The notes below the pieces were generated by a model. The model saw nothing but the letters and a program-made list of their open reading frames with translations. It searched no databases and was not told the DNA's origin. From assembly GCA_963837925.1 (NCBI GenBank), contig CAWIPK010000007.1:81124-145123 (forward strand): a stretch of DNA of 64,000 nucleotides, in the 5' to 3' direction. Positions 57,056 through 64,000 of this stretch are shown one piece after another; position 1 is the first letter of the stretch, and each line of letters begins with the position of its first letter. A program made the position numbers and the translations under genes. The stretch is from an uncultured Chloroflexia bacterium (GTDB taxonomy: Bacteria; Chloroflexota; Anaerolineae; CG2-30-64-16).

Positions 57056-58378
57056 CTAACCTCTGGCTACCTGGCGCACTTCTTGGCCGTTGCAGTAGCC
57101 AGTCGAGGCAGCGTCGCCGCCGTCGATCTTGTGGAGCAGGAGGGCCTTGCCCTCGCGCGTGACGAGCAGTTGCAGGGGCACATTGTGGATCGGGCACAGC
57201 ACGGGTCCCTCGCCCTCGTCAATTTCGGCTGACGTCGCCAGGGCGCCGCTTGCCGGCGCGAGCTGGGCACCATCCTCGGCTGCCGCGACCGCCAGGTGCG
57301 CGGCTTTGCCGGCCGCTGCTCCCTCGGCCGCTCGCCTGCGGGACGGACTTCGGGGAGCTTCGCGGCGTGTCTCGCCCGTCGTCGAGACGCTCGCCTGCTT
57401 TGGGCCGCTCGCCTCGCCCGCGGGCTGCCCATCGCGGGGGGCGGGGGATGCCGGTTCGGGGCCCGACCGTTCGTCGGGCTGCGGCGCCGCTCGTTCGGCG
57501 GCCGCCGGCCGGCTGTCCCGCGCGCCGGCGTCTGGCTGTGCTTCCGCGGGCGGCCGTCCGGCGCCCTCAGACGCCTGCCGCGACTGAACCGCCTCGCCGG
57601 CGCGCCCCGCCGAATGCGCCGCGCCGTCCTCGTCGCGGTGACTGCCCGGCGCGGCCGCGCTGGGCGCCTGGCCCGCCGCCGGACCTGGGGTCGCTCCTGA
57701 ATGGCTGGGCGACCGTCGCAGGTCGCCCGACCCACCGGCTAGGGCCGGCCGTGCGCCGCCCGCGGCCGGCGGCCGGCTGTGGCCGTTCGTACCCGCGCGG
57801 GCAAACAGGGCCTGACCGTTAGCCTCCGGCCGGACCGGGGGGGCCGCACCGGCGGTCCGGCCCTCGACCGCTGCGGTCACGCCAAGGCGGCGCAGCAAGT
57901 TTTCCAGCTTCTTGAGCTCCACCTCAGGGATGCCTCGATCGGCGTCAAAGTCCACCCAGGGCTTAGGCAGGTCGTACAGGTAGCGTCCCAGCCCGAAGGC
58001 CGCACACGCTCGCTTGAAAGCCTGCGCCTTGGCGCTCGTCAGAGCATTGTCGTCAGTCAGCTCGCACTCCCCGACATCGCTGCGTGTGCGCTCGGCAATC
58101 GTCAGGCGGCACTTGACGAAGACCTTCCCCGAAATGACGCGCTTCTCACCGCCCCGCCCCAGCGCCTCCTGGGGGTCCGAGAACCAGATCGCGTAATCAT
58201 CCTGCCACTCGGGGCAAACCTGATCCAGGCGCTCCTGGTACGGTTGCGTATCGACGTAGGGCACGGCCAGGCAGCGCTTGCGCTCCCGACTGATCGTCTG
58301 CGGTTTCCAGGCAACAACCTCGACCGAAAATGGGACCCTCAACCCATCCAGAACTTGTTCCCAGTTCGTGGTGTCCAT
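57056..58378 (-). CDS. Rad52/Rad22-family single-strand annealing protein (DdrA-like) with a long low-complexity tail and a small Cys/His C-terminal module
   Basis: The N-terminal ~190 aa contain VAWKPQT..CLAVPYVD..YQERLDQVCP and SAKAQAFKRACAAFGLGRYLYDLPKPWVDFD, the signature I associate with Rad52/DdrA. About 190 aa of Pro/Ala/Gly/Arg-rich sequence follow, then CPIH..HK..CNG. ATG at 58378 follows AAGGAG. Confidence 0.65.
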   Translation of the reverse strand: MDTTNWEQVLDGLRVPFSVEVVAWKPQTISRERKRCLAVPYVDTQPYQERLDQVCPEWQDDYAIWFSDPQEALGRGGEKRVISGKVFVKCRLTIAERTRSDVGECELTDDNALTSAKAQAFKRACAAFGLGRYLYDLPKPWVDFDADRGIPEVELKKLENLLRRLGVTAAVEGRTAGAAPPVRPEANGQALFARAGTNGHSRPPAAGGARPALAGGSGDLRRSPSHSGATPGPAAGQAPSAAAPGSHRDEDGAAHSAGRAGEAVQSRQASEGAGRPPAEAQPDAGARDSRPAAAERAAPQPDERSGPEPASPAPRDGQPAGEASGPKQASVSTTGETRREAPRSPSRRRAAEGAAAGKAAHLAVAAAEDGAQLAPASGALATSAEIDEGEGPVLCPIHNVPLQLLVTREGKALLLHKIDGGDAASTGYCNGQEVRQVARG

Positions 58379-58416
58379 GTGTCTTAATCTCCTTTCGCGG
58401 CTCGGTCCCGGGCTGG

Positions 58417-58430
58417 CGAACATACGTTCT
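58417..58430. promoter_or_regulatory. Candidate LexA (SOS/Cheo-type) box CGAACATACGTTCT
   Basis: It matches 13 of 14 positions of CGAACRNRYGTTYC (GAAC-N4-GTTC palindrome). It directly abuts the -10 element of the Rad52-like gene. Confidence 0.55.
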
Positions 58431-58439
58431 ATTATAGCA
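58431..58439 (-). promoter_or_regulatory. Extended -10 element TGcTATAAT of the Rad52-like gene
   Basis: The reverse complement of 58431-58439 reads TGCTATAAT, about 55 nt upstream of the ATG. Confidence 0.5.
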
Positions 58440-58571
58440 CACCTGTCAAGCCAGCACAAACTATCAAAGAGGCAATTCAAGGCCTGGGCACCGTTCCCTG
58501 CTGCCCGCATCCTGTGCGCTTTTTGCTGTCACGACTACTGAAGCCGAGCCGTGAATGGGGATACTAGGAGC

Positions 58572-59579
58572 ATGGCCGACAAAATAGCAGGCATCCATCA
58601 CGTGACGGCGATCGCCGGCGACCCGCAGCGCAACGTCGACTTCTACACGGGAGTGATCGGGCTGCGCCTGGTGAAAGTAACCGTCAACTTCGACGACCCG
58701 GGTACCTACCACCTCTACTATGGAGACGGCGAGGGACGTCCGGGCACGGTCTTGACCTTCTTTCCCTGGCCGGAGGGCGCGCAGGGCCGCAATGGCCCGG
58801 GACAGGCGACGATCGTCTCGTTTGCCGTGCCCCTGGCCGGGCTGCAGTTCTGGGCCGAGAGGCTGGAAGACTTCGATATCAGTTACGAAGGACCGATCGC
58901 CCGCTTTGGTGACCGTGTCCTCACTTTTGTTGACCATGACGGGCTGCAGATCGAGTTGGTCGGCCGGCGCAGATTGGTCGGCGACGGCGAGCGTTTTGGC
59001 GCCGTGCCGCCTCAATACGCGGTGCAGGGCATCTGTGGGATTACGCTGCTGCAAGAGGAATTGGCGCCGACCGACCGGATGCTGACCGGGCCGCTGGGCT
59101 TTCGTGCGGCCGATCAGGTGGGCAACCGCTACCGCTACACGAGCAGCCACGACGACCCGGGAAGCTTCGTCGACATATTGGTGGTGCCGGGCATGCTGCC
59201 GGGCCGGGTCGCGGTGGGCACCGTGCATCACGTGGCCTGGCGCACTCCGACCGATGGCACCCAGCAGGGTTGGCGTGAAGAGTTGCTGCGACGGCAAGAG
59301 CGCGTCACCCCGGTGCAGGACCGCCAATACTTCCGCTCGATCTATTTCCGTGAACCAGGCGGGGTGCTGTTCGAGATCGCCACCGACGGGCCCGGCTTCA
59401 CCGTGGATGAGGCGGCCGATAAGCTCGGCTCCGGCCTTAGGCTGCCGGCCTGGCTGGAACCGCGGCGCGCAGCCATCCAGGGCGCCCTACCCGCCCTGCG
59501 CCTGCCCACCCCGACGGCCGCGCTCGTTAGCACCCCCGACTTAGTGCAGATAAGCGCAGGGGCGGCAGGCACGCCATAG
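58572..59579 (+). CDS. Ring-cleaving dioxygenase / glyoxalase (VOC) family protein, two-domain type
   Basis: GIHHVTAIAGDPQRNVDFYTGVIGLRLVK..NFDDPGTYHLYYGD and a second module VHHVAWR. AGGAG RBS before the ATG at 58572. Confidence 0.8.
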   Translation: MADKIAGIHHVTAIAGDPQRNVDFYTGVIGLRLVKVTVNFDDPGTYHLYYGDGEGRPGTVLTFFPWPEGAQGRNGPGQATIVSFAVPLAGLQFWAERLEDFDISYEGPIARFGDRVLTFVDHDGLQIELVGRRRLVGDGERFGAVPPQYAVQGICGITLLQEELAPTDRMLTGPLGFRAADQVGNRYRYTSSHDDPGSFVDILVVPGMLPGRVAVGTVHHVAWRTPTDGTQQGWREELLRRQERVTPVQDRQYFRSIYFREPGGVLFEIATDGPGFTVDEAADKLGSGLRLPAWLEPRRAAIQGALPALRLPTPTAALVSTPDLVQISAGAAGTP

Positions 59580-59665
59580 GCCCCCTCCGCGCGGACTGAC
59601 CAGCGAGCGGCCAAAGTAACAATCACTACTGCCTTTCCGTCTTCATTATGGCATCTTAACCTGGT

Positions 59666-63070
<3,405 letters not shown>

Positions 63071-63195
63071 TGGCAGCGAAAGTCCATTCTCCGCCTGCGT
63101 CAGCATCAGCACCATCAGAAACAGGCTAAGTCCGACGTCGAGACCGTCGCACTTCTCTTCGCCATCACAGCCTTGTTGTCCACACCCGAGCAGGC

Positions 63196-64000
63196 CTAGA
63201 CCGAAGCGGGTCTGCCAAGCAGGCTCAGGGCGGACGCCATCACTTCGCCCACGGGCACGTCGGCCACGAAGCTCGCCCGGTGCTCGCAATTGTCGTCGAT
63301 ACAGTTGCGGCCGCAGATGGGACAGTTGAGGCGCCAGGAGACGTGTGGACGGTGGCGAGAACGCGTGATCGGCTCGGCATTGATCAGGTTACCGCACCAG
63401 TAGATGCCGACGGTAGCCGCTCCGACGGCCTCGGCCAGGTGCAGAGGGCCCGAGTCGTTGGCCACGAGCAGCAAACAGCGATCGAGCAATCCCGCCAGCC
63501 CCCCCAGGGACAGGGCACCGCAGACGTCCTCGGCAGTCCGCTGCATGGCCATGCGCACGTCCCGCACCAGGTCGCGTTCCGGCTGCGTACCGCTGATCAC
63601 GACGCGCGCTCCCGCTCCAGCCAGCGCATCGCCGACAGCCGCGAACTTTTCGGGCGGCCACCGCCGGCGACCGTCACCGGCGCCGGGATGCAGCACGACC
63701 AGTGGGGCAACATCGGATGCCGGCTGCAACGGGACGGCCCGGCAGGATTCCTCCAGGTCGGTTGGGAGGACCGTGAGGTGCGGCTGCAGGTCAACCGGCT
63801 GCGCGCCGGTCAAAGAGACAACCTCCAGACAACGCAAGATCTCGGGCTGGAAGTAGATGTAAGGCACCCAGTGATCGAGCGGTTGCGCGTCGGGTGTCCT
63901 CAGGCCCAGGCTGATGCGCGCTCCAAGCTTCAAGGTGAACGGATTGGAGTAGCGCCCGCCTCCGTGCAATTGGATTGCCAGGTCGAAGCGCTCGCGCTGC
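63196..64000 (-). CDS. Glycosyltransferase family 9 (heptosyltransferase-like); the 5' end lies outside the window
   Basis: FDLAIQLHGGG, LHPGAG...RRWPPEKFA and ANDSGPLHLAEAVG. The frame stays open to the window edge. Confidence 0.8.
   Translation of the reverse strand, partial: QRERFDLAIQLHGGGRYSNPFTLKLGARISLGLRTPDAQPLDHWVPYIYFQPEILRCLEVVSLTGAQPVDLQPHLTVLPTDLEESCRAVPLQPASDVAPLVVLHPGAGDGRRRWPPEKFAAVGDALAGAGARVVISGTQPERDLVRDVRMAMQRTAEDVCGALSLGGLAGLLDRCLLLVANDSGPLHLAEAVGAATVGIYWCGNLINAEPITRSRHRPHVSWRLNCPICGRNCIDDNCEHRASFVADVPVGEVMASALSLLGRPASV

Noticed and set aside
56857-58571. A prophage or mobile-element origin for the Rad52-like annealing protein.
   Set aside because: No integrase, exonuclease partner, terminase, capsid or tRNA attachment site is present in the flanks. 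The neighbours are a HAD phosphatase, a VOC dioxygenase and treS, and the composition matches the surroundings. I treat it as a chromosomal gene.

Overview
This is a gene-dense, high-GC (about two-thirds G+C by eye) chromosomal segment from a bacterium. It has strong Shine-Dalgarno sites, readable sigma70-type promoters (TTGACA / TATAAT, often TGnTATAAT extended -10) and a Gram-positive-type LexA box. The phylum cannot be fixed from the sequence; my guess is Chloroflexota-like, at low confidence. I saw no rRNA, tRNA, CRISPR array or mobile element.

Most of the window is core metabolism:
- A nearly complete histidine cluster, hisZ-G-D-C / B-H-A-F-I-E, with an inverted HAD hydrolase gene inside it.
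- glnA, dinB, arfB and trmI.
- A peptide-type ABC importer.
- sdhCDB with sdhA inverted, a Rieske protein, icd and acnA.
- Two GH13/CBM48 alpha-glucan enzymes and a treS-maltokinase fusion.
- lhr and an ABC exporter.
- A GAF histidine kinase with a dual-receiver LuxR regulator.

Signals worth a second look:
1. An accessory block (40.1-49.3 kb) is bracketed by two paralogous modules. Each module pairs an aspartate-less pseudo-receiver with an FAD oxidoreductase. The two modules share a promoter architecture and sit beside a canonical NarL-type regulator.
2. A Rad52/DdrA-like annealing protein has a long disordered tail and a Cys/His C-terminal module. Its promoter abuts a near-consensus LexA box and shares an exact 13-mer with the lhr promoter.
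3. A promoter, a 19-codon ORF with three consecutive His codons and a strong intrinsic terminator lie directly upstream of hisZ. This looks like a candidate attenuator.
4. Two genes are interrupted by frameshifts in GC-rich simple tracts: the sensor kinase and a dppC-like permease (the latter in a (GC)6 run).
5. Related intergenic tandem repeats occur at hisG/hisD and upstream of acnA.

Many long ORFs in the six-frame track are antisense shadows of real genes and were ignored.
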